The position numbers were made by a program, and so were the translations under genes. A stretch of DNA of 64,000 nt from Bryobacterales bacterium. Its GTDB lineage: Bacteria > Acidobacteriota > Terriglobia > Bryobacterales > Bryobacteraceae. Positions 9,708 through 19,632 of the stretch are shown here, one piece after another (position 1 is the first letter of the stretch; each line of letters starts with the position of its first letter). The notes under the pieces were generated by a model. That model was not told where the DNA came from and searched no databases. It worked only from the letters and a program-made list of their open reading frames with translations. The stretch spans positions 53,715-117,714 of the forward strand of contig CAVTHW010000008.1 of NCBI GenBank assembly GCA_963734625.1, read 5' to 3'.

Positions 9708-10673
9708 TCAGACGGCTTCCATGGTAGAGGGAGGCTTGGGGGCGATGTTATATGTTACGCTCACCACGCCGGGAACCTCCGCGGTGAGTCTGCGGGCCAG
9801 CCTCTGGAGCATTCGCGGCGTGAGCCAAACCGGCTTCGCCGTCCGCGCATCGACACTGCGCCAGCAGCGGACTTCGATCTGCAGGCCGTAATCCCGCTTG
9901 CCGTCGCGCATCCCCGGGAACCGGTCCTCGTGAAGAATCGCCATGTACTGGAACGCTTTCACGTTCTTCAGCTCTCCTTCGATGACGGAGGTCGCCTTCC
10001 GGGCCAATTCGAGCCGCTCGGCCGTGGCTTCTCCAACCACCCTGGCCGCCAGCGCGGGACCGGGGAAGGGCATCCGCTGGTAAATGGCGGGGGGCAGCCC
10101 CAGGGCTTTGGCGAGCTTGCGCACGCCGTCCTTACGAAGCTGAATCACCGGTTCGATGACGCGATAGCCGAACGCCTGCTCGGGATCGATTCCCAACTGC
10201 TTCAGAACGTTGTGCTGGCGCTTGACGCCCGCCACGGTCTCCTCCACGTCGGTGAGGATGGTCCCCTGGAGGAGATGGCGCGCTCCGCTTTCCTTCACCA
10301 GACGGCCGAATACCTTCTTGTAGAACGTCTGGGTGATCGCCTCGCGCTTATGCTCCGGGTCCGTCAGACCCTTGAGGGCCGACAGGAATTCGTCGCTGGC
10401 GTCCACGACTTCCACCTGAATCCCGAGCCTCTTGAAAATCCGGACGACTCGCTGCGCTTCGCCCTCCCGCATCAATCCGTTCTCAACGAAGTAAGTCTTC
10501 AGTTTGCCGCCCAGAGCGCGGTGACCGAGCAGGGTCACGACGGAGGAATCGACTCCGCCGGACAGCGCGGTGATGGCCGAGCCGTCGCCGACGGCGTCCT
10601 TTATTTCTTTGGTCTGGATGCTTATGAATTCCTTGGCGTTCATTTCCGCGGAGGGAATCTCTTTGATCTTCAT
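9708..10673 (-). CDS. stand-alone GMP-synthase-type ATP pyrophosphatase (subunit-B-like), no GATase domain
   Basis: ATG at 10673. SGGVDSSV PP-loop, DPEHKREAI, LLQGTILTDVEE, PFPGPALAARVVGE and C-terminal ..VTYNIAPKPPSTME match GuaA C-terminal halves. Confidence 0.8.
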   Translation of the reverse strand: MKIKEIPSAEMNAKEFISIQTKEIKDAVGDGSAITALSGGVDSSVVTLLGHRALGGKLKTYFVENGLMREGEAQRVVRIFKRLGIQVEVVDASDEFLSALKGLTDPEHKREAITQTFYKKVFGRLVKESGARHLLQGTILTDVEETVAGVKRQHNVLKQLGIDPEQAFGYRVIEPVIQLRKDGVRKLAKALGLPPAIYQRMPFPGPALAARVVGEATAERLELARKATSVIEGELKNVKAFQYMAILHEDRFPGMRDGKRDYGLQIEVRCWRSVDARTAKPVWLTPRMLQRLARRLTAEVPGVVSVTYNIAPKPPSTMEAV

Positions 10674-10785
10674 GCGTTCGCCCCCAAGAGTGGTCAGTAT
10701 ACAACAGGGCGCACTGGCGCGACATTGGCGCGGCGCGGTATGCTGCCTGTTTCCGTCCGCGAAAAGCGGCGGGAGGAGACTCAAC

Positions 10786-12126
10786 ATGGCGGGATTGTTT
10801 GCTCTCAGCGCCGACCCAGGCCGGTACCAGGGCGATTTTCTGGAAGATCTTTTTCTGGGAACGTTTTACCAGCAGCATTTAGGCGAGGCGTACTCGGGGC
10901 TGTCGACGTTCGCCGACGGGCAGTTTCGCATTCGCACGCATCGCGGGCTGTTTCGCGCCACCTTCGTCGACGACCTGGGCGGGCTGGCCGGAACCGAAGC
11001 GATCGGCTACTGCGGATCGGTCAGGGAGCCGCATTTTTCCGAGTCGAGGCTGGGCCGGCTATCCGCCTGTTTCTCCGGCAACATCACCAACCTGAAGGAA
11101 CTGGTCGGGCGCTTTCAGGGCCACGGCCACACTCTGACGAGGGGCGACGATATCGAGATCATCACCATGCTGCTGGCCCAGGGCAAGGACGTCGCCGACG
11201 GGATCCAGAAGATGGCCAGGGAAATCGACGGGGCGTACTCCTTGCTGATTCTCAGCGAAGAAGGAGTGTACGCGGCCCGGGGTCCGGCGGGACATTGGCC
11301 GCTGGTGCTGGGCGTGAAGGACGGCGCGGTGGCGGCCGCCTCCGAATCCGGGGGTTTCGCCAACATCGGATTCAAGCTGCTCCGGGACGTGGAGCCGGGG
11401 GAAATCGTCCTGTTGAAGAACGGGCGGCTGGAGACGAAAGGCAAGACCCAAGCGAGAACACAGGTTTGCAGCTTCTACTGGGTGTACACCGGGTTTCCCA
11501 ACAGCGTTTTCGAGGGGCTTCCCTCCTCCCTGGTCCGGAAGCGCCTGGGCGCGGCGCTGGCCCGCCGCGACATCGAGAGGGGATTCGCGCCGGACGTCGT
11601 CATCCCCGTTCCCGACTCGGGCCGGTTCCACGCCATCGGCTATCACCAGGAGTTTTGCCGGCAGGCGGCGGAAGGGCGCGTCAAGAAGGTTCCTCTCTAC
11701 GACGAGCTGTTGCTCAAGTACCCTTACGCCGGAAGGAGTTTCATCCCGCAGGACCAGAAGCAGAGGGACCGCGAGGCGCGGGTCAAGCAACTGGCCAGCG
11801 GAGAGAACTGCGAGGGCTTGGTCGTGGCGGTCTGCGACGATTCGATCGTTCGGGGAACCCAGACTCAAACGGACCTGGTCCCGAAACTGCGAAGAACGGG
11901 CGTGAAGGAGATACACCTGCGCATCTCCAATCCGGAGCTGCGCTCGCACTGCCCGTGGGGCAAGACCACGAAGAAGGGCGAAGTGCTGGCCGGGCGCCTG
12001 CCGGCCAAGGCGGACCGGGTGAAGTTTCTGGGCGTGGAAGGACTCGAGTACAACACGGTCGAGGACCTGGCGGAGGCCATAGGACGGCCGCGCGAGACGT
12101 TGTGCGTGGACTGCGCCCTGGACTAG
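10786..12126 (+). CDS. amidophosphoribosyltransferase (PurF) homologue lacking the N-terminal Cys nucleophile
   Basis: ATG at 10786 with GGGAGGAG 8 nt upstream. Starts MAGLFAL instead of MCG... PRPP loop VVAVCDDSIVRGTQTQ. PurF-like blocks GAYSLL, ASESGGF, DVVIPVPDSG. Confidence 0.8.
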   Translation: MAGLFALSADPGRYQGDFLEDLFLGTFYQQHLGEAYSGLSTFADGQFRIRTHRGLFRATFVDDLGGLAGTEAIGYCGSVREPHFSESRLGRLSACFSGNITNLKELVGRFQGHGHTLTRGDDIEIITMLLAQGKDVADGIQKMAREIDGAYSLLILSEEGVYAARGPAGHWPLVLGVKDGAVAAASESGGFANIGFKLLRDVEPGEIVLLKNGRLETKGKTQARTQVCSFYWVYTGFPNSVFEGLPSSLVRKRLGAALARRDIERGFAPDVVIPVPDSGRFHAIGYHQEFCRQAAEGRVKKVPLYDELLLKYPYAGRSFIPQDQKQRDREARVKQLASGENCEGLVVAVCDDSIVRGTQTQTDLVPKLRRTGVKEIHLRISNPELRSHCPWGKTTKKGEVLAGRLPAKADRVKFLGVEGLEYNTVEDLAEAIGRPRETLCVDCALD

Positions 12127-12170
12127 CTCTCAGTTCCAATGGGTCGGGGTAGACTAAATTTAGGGTACCC

Positions 12171-13802
12171 ATGCGACAACTCAAACTAGTTCTGGTTTTG
12201 CTGGCCGCCGGTGCGGCCGCGGCGGTTCAGGCGCAGGAGATTTCCGGAGACCGGATCCGCGCTCACGTGAAGTTCCTGGCCAGCGATTTGCTCGAGGGCC
12301 GGGGCGTCGGAACGCGCGGCGGCGATCTCGCCACCGAGTACCTCGCCACTCAGTTCGAGTTGATCGGCGCCAAGCCCGCCGCCAACGGCTCTTACTTTCA
12401 GAACGTGCCGCTGGTCGGCATCGAGCCACAGCCCGATTGCCGGCTCTCCGCCACCGGCAAGACGGGCACAGTCAGTTTCCGCTGGCTCGATGACTTCGTC
12501 GGCACGGACGAGACGCAGAAGGCGTCCGACGAGATCGACGCCGAAGCCATCTTCGTCGGTCACGGTATCGTGGCGCCGGAGTATCAGTGGGACGATTTCA
12601 AGGGCGTGGACGTCAAAGGCAAGATCCTGGTGCTGTTCACCAATGAACCAGCGTCAAACGACCCCAAGCTGTTTGGCGGCCCAGCGCTCACCTACTACGG
12701 CCGCTGGACCTACAAGTACGAGGAGGCGGCGCGCAGGGGAGCGCTGGGGGTGATCATCATTCACACCACTCCAACCGCGGGCTACGGCTGGGTTGTCGTC
12801 AAGAATTCCTGGGGCAGGGAAGGCCCTTACGTGAAGCTAGGTCCAGGAGAGCCTGCCCTGACGTTCGCCGGATGGGTAACCGAACAGGCCGGAGAGAAGC
12901 TGGCCGCGATGGTGGGCCGGACGGCGTCGGAACTGCTTAAGATGGCGGACTCGCGCGATTTCAAACCGATCCCGCTCGGAATTCGGATCCGCGCCAGCCT
13001 GCACAGCAAAGTCCGCGACATCGAATCCCGCAACGTGGCGGCCATCATACCGGGCAGCGATCCTGCGCTGGGCTCCCAGGCGGTCATTTTCAGCGGGCAT
13101 TGGGATCACCTTGGAATCGGTCCCGCGGTGAACGGCGACTCGATCTATAACGGCGCCGTGGACAACGCCACAGGCTGTGCGATGCTGCTGGAGATCGCCC
13201 GGCAATGGGCCGCGCTCGATCCGAAGCCGCTACGCTCCGCGCTGTTTCTGGCCGTAACCGGGGAAGAGGGCGGGTTGAGAGGCTCCGAGTATTACTCCCA
13301 GCATCCGCTAGTGCCATTAGGGAAGACGGCGTTGGCCTTGAATTTCGACGCAATTCTCCCCTTGGGGCGATCCAAAGACGTGGTGCTAATCGGGGCGCAG
13401 AGAACCACATTCTGGCCGCAGATCCAGGACTCGGCGCAGCGGATGGGCCTGGTCATCAGCCCCGACCCGCAGCCCGAGCAGGGGAGCTACTACCGTTCGG
13501 ACCATTTCTCATTTGCCCAGGCCGGGATCCCCGCGTTCAGCGTGGACCAGGGAGAGGAACTCGCCGGCAAGCCGGCGGGCTTCGGGAAGAAGGCTTTCGA
13601 AGAGTTCTACGATAAGCACTATCACCAGCCGTCGGACGAGTACCGCGACGATTGGGACCTATCCGGCATGGAGCAGATGGCCCGCTTCGGCTTCCTGCTG
13701 GGGCAGACCGCGGCGAACCTGGACCGCCTGCCTACGTGGAATGCGGGCGACGAGTTTCTGGCCGCGCGGGAGAAGAGCGGAGTCACGGCCTCCGCACGGT
13801 AG
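12171..13802 (+). CDS. M28-family metallopeptidase with PA domain, secreted
   Basis: Signal peptide, then FLASDLLEGRGVGTRG, SGHWDHLG, NGAVDNATGCAML, LAVTGEEGGLRGS, YHQPSDE motifs. Confidence 0.85.
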   Translation: MRQLKLVLVLLAAGAAAAVQAQEISGDRIRAHVKFLASDLLEGRGVGTRGGDLATEYLATQFELIGAKPAANGSYFQNVPLVGIEPQPDCRLSATGKTGTVSFRWLDDFVGTDETQKASDEIDAEAIFVGHGIVAPEYQWDDFKGVDVKGKILVLFTNEPASNDPKLFGGPALTYYGRWTYKYEEAARRGALGVIIIHTTPTAGYGWVVVKNSWGREGPYVKLGPGEPALTFAGWVTEQAGEKLAAMVGRTASELLKMADSRDFKPIPLGIRIRASLHSKVRDIESRNVAAIIPGSDPALGSQAVIFSGHWDHLGIGPAVNGDSIYNGAVDNATGCAMLLEIARQWAALDPKPLRSALFLAVTGEEGGLRGSEYYSQHPLVPLGKTALALNFDAILPLGRSKDVVLIGAQRTTFWPQIQDSAQRMGLVISPDPQPEQGSYYRSDHFSFAQAGIPAFSVDQGEELAGKPAGFGKKAFEEFYDKHYHQPSDEYRDDWDLSGMEQMARFGFLLGQTAANLDRLPTWNAGDEFLAAREKSGVTASAR

Positions 13803-14265
13803 CGACGGCCTGAGCCTCGGCGGCGCGGCCCTCGCCGGCGGGGCCGAGATTCTCGGCCGTCTTGAACTTAACCGAGACTCGGCCGGCCTCGAGCCCGAGG
13901 GCTTCGGCGAGCTTCTCGCGGATGGCGGCTCTATAATCTTTGAGCTTGGGGCGTTCGAGGATAACCGTCGAGTCGACGTTCACCACGGAATAGCCTGCTT
14001 CCGAGAGCAATTCGCGGGCGCGCCGGATGAACTGGAGGCTGTCGGCCCCCGCCCAGCGCGGGTCCGAATCGGGGAAGTGCTGTCCAATGTCGCCGAGCGC
14101 CGCGGCGCCGAGCAGCGCGTCGGTGATGGCATGGGCCAGCACGTCGGCATCGGAGTGCCCATCCAGGCCTTGTTCGCACGGCACCCGCACGCCCCCCAGG
14201 ATCAGCGGGCGGCCCGGGACCAGGCGATGCACATCCCAGCCGATGCCGGAGCGGTACTCGCTCAC
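13783..14265 (-). CDS. ispF: 2-C-methyl-D-erythritol 2,4-cyclodiphosphate synthase
   Basis: GIGWDVHRL..LGHSDADVLAHAITDALLGAAALGDIG signature. Confidence 0.95.
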   Translation of the reverse strand: MSEYRSGIGWDVHRLVPGRPLILGGVRVPCEQGLDGHSDADVLAHAITDALLGAAALGDIGQHFPDSDPRWAGADSLQFIRRARELLSEAGYSVVNVDSTVILERPKLKDYRAAIREKLAEALGLEAGRVSVKFKTAENLGPAGEGRAAEAQAVATVRRP

Positions 14266-14987
14266 GGCGTCTTCTTCCGGCCGGCCTCCTCCGCCAGGAA
14301 AAGGCGGGCCAGGTCCATGTCGGAGGGCTTGGTGATCTTGATGTTCCGGTCGCTGCCGGGAACTACGCTCACCTCCACCTGCTCCAGACGCTCGACGAGA
14401 CTGGATTCGTCGGTCCCGCTGAAACCGTCCTCCCGGGCCTTGGCGAAGGCGCGCCGCAGAAGTTCGTGGCGGAAAACCTGAGGCGTCTGGGCCAGCACCA
14501 GGCGGTCCCTGGACAGGGTGCCGTTCACCTTATTGCGTTTGACTTGCTTGACGGTGTCGACCGGGACGATGCCCACGATAGCGGCGCCGGAGGAGGCGGC
14601 CTCCTGGATAGCCCGCTCGATAATGGCGGGATCGATGAAGGGGCGAACGGCGTCGTGAACGGCCACCAGATCGATATCCTGGCCGAGCTTGGCCAGCGCG
14701 TTCTCGACAGACTGCTGTCGCGTATCCCCGCCCTCCACCAGGACGACGGGCTTGACCGGCGGTTCGCCGGCGAGCAATTGCCTGGCCCAGGCCATCTCTT
14801 CGCCGCGTAGCGCGACGACCACTTCGGTCACCGAGGGACAGGCCATGAACTTGCGAATTGTGTGCAGGAGAATAGGCGCGCCGTCCAGCAGCATGAACTG
14901 CTTGCGGCTGGTTCCAGCTCTCTCCCGAGAAGTGCGGCCCATGCGGGTGCCTAGCCCCGCGGCCGGCAGAATCACTGCGACTTTCAT
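14262..14987 (-). CDS. ispD: 2-C-methyl-D-erythritol 4-phosphate cytidylyltransferase
   Basis: VILPAAGLGTRMG..KQF..L.G.P.L.HT and VAVHDAVRPF motifs. 4-nt overlap with ispF. Confidence 0.9.
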   Translation of the reverse strand: MKVAVILPAAGLGTRMGRTSRERAGTSRKQFMLLDGAPILLHTIRKFMACPSVTEVVVALRGEEMAWARQLLAGEPPVKPVVLVEGGDTRQQSVENALAKLGQDIDLVAVHDAVRPFIDPAIIERAIQEAASSGAAIVGIVPVDTVKQVKRNKVNGTLSRDRLVLAQTPQVFRHELLRRAFAKAREDGFSGTDESSLVERLEQVEVSVVPGSDRNIKITKPSDMDLARLFLAEEAGRKKTP

Positions 14988-14999
14988 CGGATCTTTACC

Positions 15000-16088
15000 T
15001 TACCCTGAAGACGGTGCGGCCGCGGGAGCCGGCGCGGTGACGGACTGATCGCGATGAGGCCGCTCCGACAGCTTGTCATGGATCGCATGCACCCGCTCGT
15101 CATAACGGCCGAAGATCATCTTCCCGGCGGTGGTTTGCAGAACGCTCGTAACCGAGATGTCGATGGTCTTCGAAATCAGCTTCTTGGCATTGTCGACCAC
15201 CACCATCGTGCCGTCGTCCAGGTAGGCCACCCCCTGGTTGTACTCCTTGCCTTCCTTGAGAATGAAGACGCGCATGGTCTCGCCCGGCAGCACCACCGGC
15301 TTCAGGGCGTTGGCCAGCTCGTTGATGTTCAGGACCTCGATGCCGTGGAGTTGGGCCACCTTGTTCAAGTTGAAATCGTTGGTGACGACCTTGCAGCCGT
15401 AAGCCTTCGCCAGCTCAATCAACTTCATGTCCACGTCGCGTATCTGGGGAAAGTCGTCCTCCAGGATCTGGACGCTAAGCTCCGGCATTTTCTGGATGCG
15501 CTGCAGGATGTCTAGACCCCTGCGCCCCCGGTTGCGCTTCATCGAGTCGGCGGAATCGGCCACAAGCTGCAATTCCCGCAAGACGAACTGGGGAATGACT
15601 ATGACGCCGTCCATGAAGCCCGTTTCAGCGATGTCGGCGATGCGGCCGTCGATGATGACGCTGGTATCCAGAATCTTGAACGAACTCTTACTGGTCTTCT
15701 CGGCGCCGAAGACGCCGCCCAAGGCCGCCAGGTTGAGCATGTCGCCCTTGCTGGCGCCCACCACCAGGCCCACGTAGGTCATCCAGAGCAGCAGCCCGAT
15801 CTGAACGAAGGGTATGGTTCTCCCATCGCCCGGCAGAGCTCTGGAAAGCACCAGAGACATCAGGAATGCTCCGAGTATGCCCAGCACGGAACCGGCCGCC
15901 GCGCCGATAAGCCTCTTCAGGCTCACCTCCTTGACGCGGATTTCAAACCAGATGACGGCGAGCGCCAGAATCAATCCGGCGAGCGCCGAGTAGGGGCGGG
16001 CCAACTGAAAAGGTTGGAGATAAAAGCTGGCACACACCAGAAGTAGTGCGAATAGAATGCGGATAATGAGTAAGTCCTTCACGCTCAT
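15000..16088 (-). CDS. PIN/TRAM-domain membrane protein (YacL-like)
   Basis: Four N-terminal TM segments. PIN block ILDTSVIIDGRI..GFMDGVIVIPQFVLRELQ, then a TRAM-like C-terminus. Conserved position upstream of ispDF. Confidence 0.8.
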   Translation of the reverse strand: MSVKDLLIIRILFALLLVCASFYLQPFQLARPYSALAGLILALAVIWFEIRVKEVSLKRLIGAAAGSVLGILGAFLMSLVLSRALPGDGRTIPFVQIGLLLWMTYVGLVVGASKGDMLNLAALGGVFGAEKTSKSSFKILDTSVIIDGRIADIAETGFMDGVIVIPQFVLRELQLVADSADSMKRNRGRRGLDILQRIQKMPELSVQILEDDFPQIRDVDMKLIELAKAYGCKVVTNDFNLNKVAQLHGIEVLNINELANALKPVVLPGETMRVFILKEGKEYNQGVAYLDDGTMVVVDNAKKLISKTIDISVTSVLQTTAGKMIFGRYDERVHAIHDKLSERPHRDQSVTAPAPAAAPSSG

Positions 16089-16224
16089 AACCCCCGTATA
16101 AAAAGCGCATCACGCTGCAAAACCCGGCTATTAGAGCCGCGTCATAGAGTATACCACCGGCCAGGGGGACAAGAATAGAATGTCGCGCGGCCGCGTGGAC
16201 GCGGGCGTCAGGGGTCCGGCAGGT

Positions 16225-16623
16225 CTACAGAGCCTTGGCCAGTTCCTCGGCGAAGGCGCTTTGAGCGGCGTCGGTCTCCGGCTTATCCCGCTTGATCTTC
16301 CGGGCGACGCTGGGCCGGGGGCCGGGTCTGAGCTCAGGCCTGCTGCTTGGGCCTGTGCCTGGGCCCCTGGGCCGGGGCGGTTGAGCGGGATTTGCCCGAA
16401 GCAGCCGGTCTTCGAGAGGAGCCCGGTCAAAGCGGCGGATGATGGACTGCATCTCCTCCGCGTTGGGTGCTTCGATGAACGCGAAACCTTTTGATTCCTG
16501 CGTCTCAGGACTGCGGATGACCTTGATCGAATCGGCCACAAGGGCCTCAGAATTAAGCCAGGACTGGATGTCGTCTGCCGTCACCCAAGCTGGAAGATTG
16601 CCAAGAAAAACAGTGAAGCTCAT
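16225..16623 (-). CDS. RRM-type RNA-binding protein with basic Pro/Arg tail
   Basis: RNP-2-like VFLGNL and RNP-1-like KGFAFIEA. Confidence 0.8.
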   Translation of the reverse strand: MSFTVFLGNLPAWVTADDIQSWLNSEALVADSIKVIRSPETQESKGFAFIEAPNAEEMQSIIRRFDRAPLEDRLLRANPAQPPRPRGPGTGPSSRPELRPGPRPSVARKIKRDKPETDAAQSAFAEELAKAL

Positions 16624-16824
16624 TCGAGGGTATTGTTCACTCCGTTGGTTGGATTGCTGGGGAGCTACTCGTAGAGAGAGAAGCCATGCGAGCTATATAT
16701 ATCCTATCAGAGAGCCGGGGACTCGCGCAAATATCGCGGGCGTGCTTGTGGGGTCAGCCATTTCTGGCTGCCGCCGGGCTTCGGCCCGGCTTCTTGCGAC
16801 AGCCCGAAGAAACGCCGCACCCCG

Positions 16825-18417
16825 CTACCCGGGGAAGTCGACCGTGCGCGCCAGCTTTACCGCCGGGTTCTCGCGAAGCTGCGCGAGCACCGTCTCGGGC
16901 GGTTTCTCGTCGGTCTCGACCACCGCCAGAGCGTCCAGCGGCTCGCGAGGAGCGCCCGGAACATCCCGGCGTCCGAGCGAGAAGCTGGCGATGTTGATCC
17001 CGTTGCGCCCAAGCACCGTGCCCACGTGTCCGATTACGCCCGGCACGTCCTGGTTGCGCATGTAGATGAGGTGGCCGGCCAGCGGCGCCTCGCAATAAAT
17101 GCCGTCGACTTGCAACAGCCGGGGCTTGCCCAAAAGCACCGCGCCCTCCACGGTAGTGACACCGGCGTCGGTTTCCAGTTCCAGGCGGATCGCGTCCATG
17201 TGGCCGGCCCGCTTCTCGTGCTTCTCCGTCACGTTGAGGTTTCGCCCGGCGGCGATCTGCATGGCGTTCACCAGGTTCACCTTCTGGGAGAGCCACTGGT
17301 TGAGCACGCCGGCCAGGCCGGCGTTGCGGATCAGATGGGTGTTATTCTCGGCCAGTTTGCGAAGATAGACCAGGCGCACCTCTTTGGGGCCGCCCGTCGA
17401 AATCTGGGCCGCGAAAGAGCCGAGCTTCTCGGCCAGCGAGATGTAGGGCTCGATCGCCTTATATTGCTCCGGGGCGAGCGCCGGCATGTTGACAGCGTTG
17501 ATGGCGATGCCGCTGCGCAGGTATTCGGTCAGTTGCTCGGCGATGCGCACGCCGACGATTTCCTGGGCCTCCTCGGTGGACCCGGCGATATGAGGCGTGG
17601 CCAGCACCGCATCCACGCCAAACAGCGGGGAGTCTGCCGCCGGAGGTTCGACTTCGAACACGTCCAGCGCCGCGCCCGCGACCTTGCCGGAATCCAGCGC
17701 TTCCTTCAGCGCCGCGCCGTCGACCAGTTCGCCTCTGGCGCAATTAACGATGCGCACGCCGGCCTTCATTTTGGCCAAGGCGTCGCGCGAGATCATGCTG
17801 CGGGTCTCGGGAGTCAGCGCCATGTGCAGCGCGATATAATCCGAGGCCGCGTAGAGCGCATCGAGGCTCACCATTTCGAGGCTGAGGTCCTCCAGCGCGC
17901 CGGGGCTGACATACGGGTCGCAAGCCACGATCTTCATCTCGAAGGCGCGCGCCCGGCGGGCCACTTCGCGGCCGATGCTCCCCAGTCCGATGATCCCGAG
18001 CACCTTGCCGCGCAGCTCGTTGCCCATGAACTTCTTCTTCTCCCACTTGCCGGCCTTGGTGGAAGCGCTGGCCTGCGGGATGGAGCGGGCCATGGCCAGC
18101 ATCAGCGCCAGCGTGTGCTCGGCCACCGAGACCGCATTGCCGCCGGGGGTGTTCATCACCAGGACGCCGGCGGCTGTGGCGGCGGGAAGGTCGACGTTAT
18201 CCACGCCTACGCCCGCCCGGCCAATGGCGCGCAGTTTAGGCGCTTGCTCCAGCACCTGCTTGGTGACCTTCACGGCGCTGCGCACTACCAGCGCGTCGGC
18301 CTCCGCCAGGTGTTGCGCGTATTCCTTGGGATTGGAGACGATCACATCCCAGCCCGCTTGGGACTTCAGCAGCTCGAGTCCGGCCGCCGCCATGGGTTCA
18401 GCAACGAGGATTTTCAT
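16825..18417 (-). CDS. serA: D-3-phosphoglycerate dehydrogenase (long form with ASB + ACT domains)
   Basis: GIIGLGSIGREVARRA NAD motif, ..NCARG..VD, and a C-terminal ACT-like region (HLIYMRNQDVPGVIGHVGTVLG). Confidence 0.9.
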   Translation of the reverse strand: MKILVAEPMAAAGLELLKSQAGWDVIVSNPKEYAQHLAEADALVVRSAVKVTKQVLEQAPKLRAIGRAGVGVDNVDLPAATAAGVLVMNTPGGNAVSVAEHTLALMLAMARSIPQASASTKAGKWEKKKFMGNELRGKVLGIIGLGSIGREVARRARAFEMKIVACDPYVSPGALEDLSLEMVSLDALYAASDYIALHMALTPETRSMISRDALAKMKAGVRIVNCARGELVDGAALKEALDSGKVAGAALDVFEVEPPAADSPLFGVDAVLATPHIAGSTEEAQEIVGVRIAEQLTEYLRSGIAINAVNMPALAPEQYKAIEPYISLAEKLGSFAAQISTGGPKEVRLVYLRKLAENNTHLIRNAGLAGVLNQWLSQKVNLVNAMQIAAGRNLNVTEKHEKRAGHMDAIRLELETDAGVTTVEGAVLLGKPRLLQVDGIYCEAPLAGHLIYMRNQDVPGVIGHVGTVLGRNGINIASFSLGRRDVPGAPREPLDALAVVETDEKPPETVLAQLRENPAVKLARTVDFPG

Positions 18418-18426
18418 GATTGTCTC

Positions 18427-19599
18427 TCACGCGCCTGCGGCCAGCTTCACTCCGGCTGCTTCGGCATAAACTTTCTGTACCGCCGCCACGCCCTTTCCGA
18501 ATTGAACCGGATGCCCGTTGGCGGCCAAAATGATCTCCAGTTCCGCTACCACGCCGAACAGGTCGGCGAAATCGAAGTAGCCCAGGTGCGCGATCCTAAA
18601 GATCTTGCCTTTCATCGAGCCCTGGCCGTTGGCGATGATGGCGCCAAACTTGTTCCGGTACTCCTTGACGATCACGCCGGAATCCATACCGGCCGGGGCC
18701 TTCACCGCGGTGACCGAAGAGGCCGGGGACTCGGGCGAGAACAACTCCAGGCCCAGCGCCGCCGCCGCTTCCCGGGTGGCCCGCGCCAGCAGTTGAGCGT
18801 TCTCGGTAAGCTTGTCCATCCCCACCGACTTGATGTACTTCAGCGCCGTGCCGAGGGCGATGATCAGGGACGTGTTGGGCGTCCAGCTCGACTCGCCCAG
18901 CGCCGCGTTCTTCCTTTCCTTCTTCAAGTCGAAGTAGTAGTGCGGCAGGCTGGCCGTTTCGGCACGCTGCCAGGCCTTGGGACTGACCGCGAGGAAGGCC
19001 AGGCCGGGCGGGATCATGAAGGCTTTCTGCGATCCGCCCACCACTACGTCGAGGCCCCAACCGTCGATGTCTAGAGGCATGGTGCCCAGACCGGTGATCG
19101 CGTCCACCACGAAGATGGCGTCGGTCTTGGCGATCGCCTGACCCATGGCACGGACGTCATGCTGGGCGCCGGTCGAGGTCTCGGATGCCTGCACGAACAC
19201 GCCGCGCGCATCGGGGTTGGCGGCCAGAGCCGCCTCCACTTGCTCGGGCTTGACCGTGCTCCCGTACTCCGCCTTCAGCACGACCGCTTCCAGGCCGAAG
19301 GCCTTGGCCATCTCGACCCAGCGTTCGCCGAATTTACCGGCCGAGCAGACGATGACCTTCTCGCCCTTGGAGAACAGGTTCGAGATGGAGGATTCCATCG
19401 CGCCCGATCCGGAAGCCACCAGAATAAGCACGTCGTTGGACGTGCCCATCACCTCTTTCAAGTCGGACAGGGTCGCCCGGTAGATGTTGCGGAAGTCTTC
19501 GGTCCGATGATGAATGTCGGAGCCCATCATGGCGTGGAGGGCCGGCGGGTACAGCGGTGTCGGCCCCGGGGTCAGGAGTCGAGTTTTTCTTATATGCAT
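18427..19599 (-). CDS. class-V aminotransferase (serine-glyoxylate / phosphoserine aminotransferase-like)
   Basis: LLTPGPT.., ..VDAITGLG.., GGSQKAFMIPPGLAF (PLP-Lys context). Adjacent to serA. Confidence 0.85.
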   Translation of the reverse strand: MHIRKTRLLTPGPTPLYPPALHAMMGSDIHHRTEDFRNIYRATLSDLKEVMGTSNDVLILVASGSGAMESSISNLFSKGEKVIVCSAGKFGERWVEMAKAFGLEAVVLKAEYGSTVKPEQVEAALAANPDARGVFVQASETSTGAQHDVRAMGQAIAKTDAIFVVDAITGLGTMPLDIDGWGLDVVVGGSQKAFMIPPGLAFLAVSPKAWQRAETASLPHYYFDLKKERKNAALGESSWTPNTSLIIALGTALKYIKSVGMDKLTENAQLLARATREAAAALGLELFSPESPASSVTAVKAPAGMDSGVIVKEYRNKFGAIIANGQGSMKGKIFRIAHLGYFDFADLFGVVAELEIILAANGHPVQFGKGVAAVQKVYAEAAGVKLAAGA

Positions 19600-19632
19600 A
19601 GGATTATGTAGTCCTCTAGAATATCAGACATC

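Noticed and set aside
10674-10785. ZTP (pfl) riboswitch in the purF-like leader
   Set aside because: ACTGGCG is present (GGGCGCACTGGCGCGAC), but the downstream pseudoknot partner CCGCCTGGGC and the second sub-domain are not.
9687-12152. 821-aa ORF on the + strand, and similar very long ORFs at 17026..19074 (+), 34892..37132 (+), 8257..9606 (+), 42671..44098 (+), 55862..57061 (-), 61906..62889 (-) and 52680..53729 (-)
   Set aside because: They are antisense or out-of-frame shadows of genes with clear family signatures. Their translations are Arg/Gly/Ala/Pro-rich low-complexity strings, typical of open alternative frames in GC-rich DNA.
16773-16795. Hairpin GCCGGGC-TTCG-GCCCGGC as the serA terminator
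   Set aside because: On the serA (minus) strand it is not followed by a T tract. The stem is short and the location is also compatible with the RRM-gene 5' region. Too weak to annotate.
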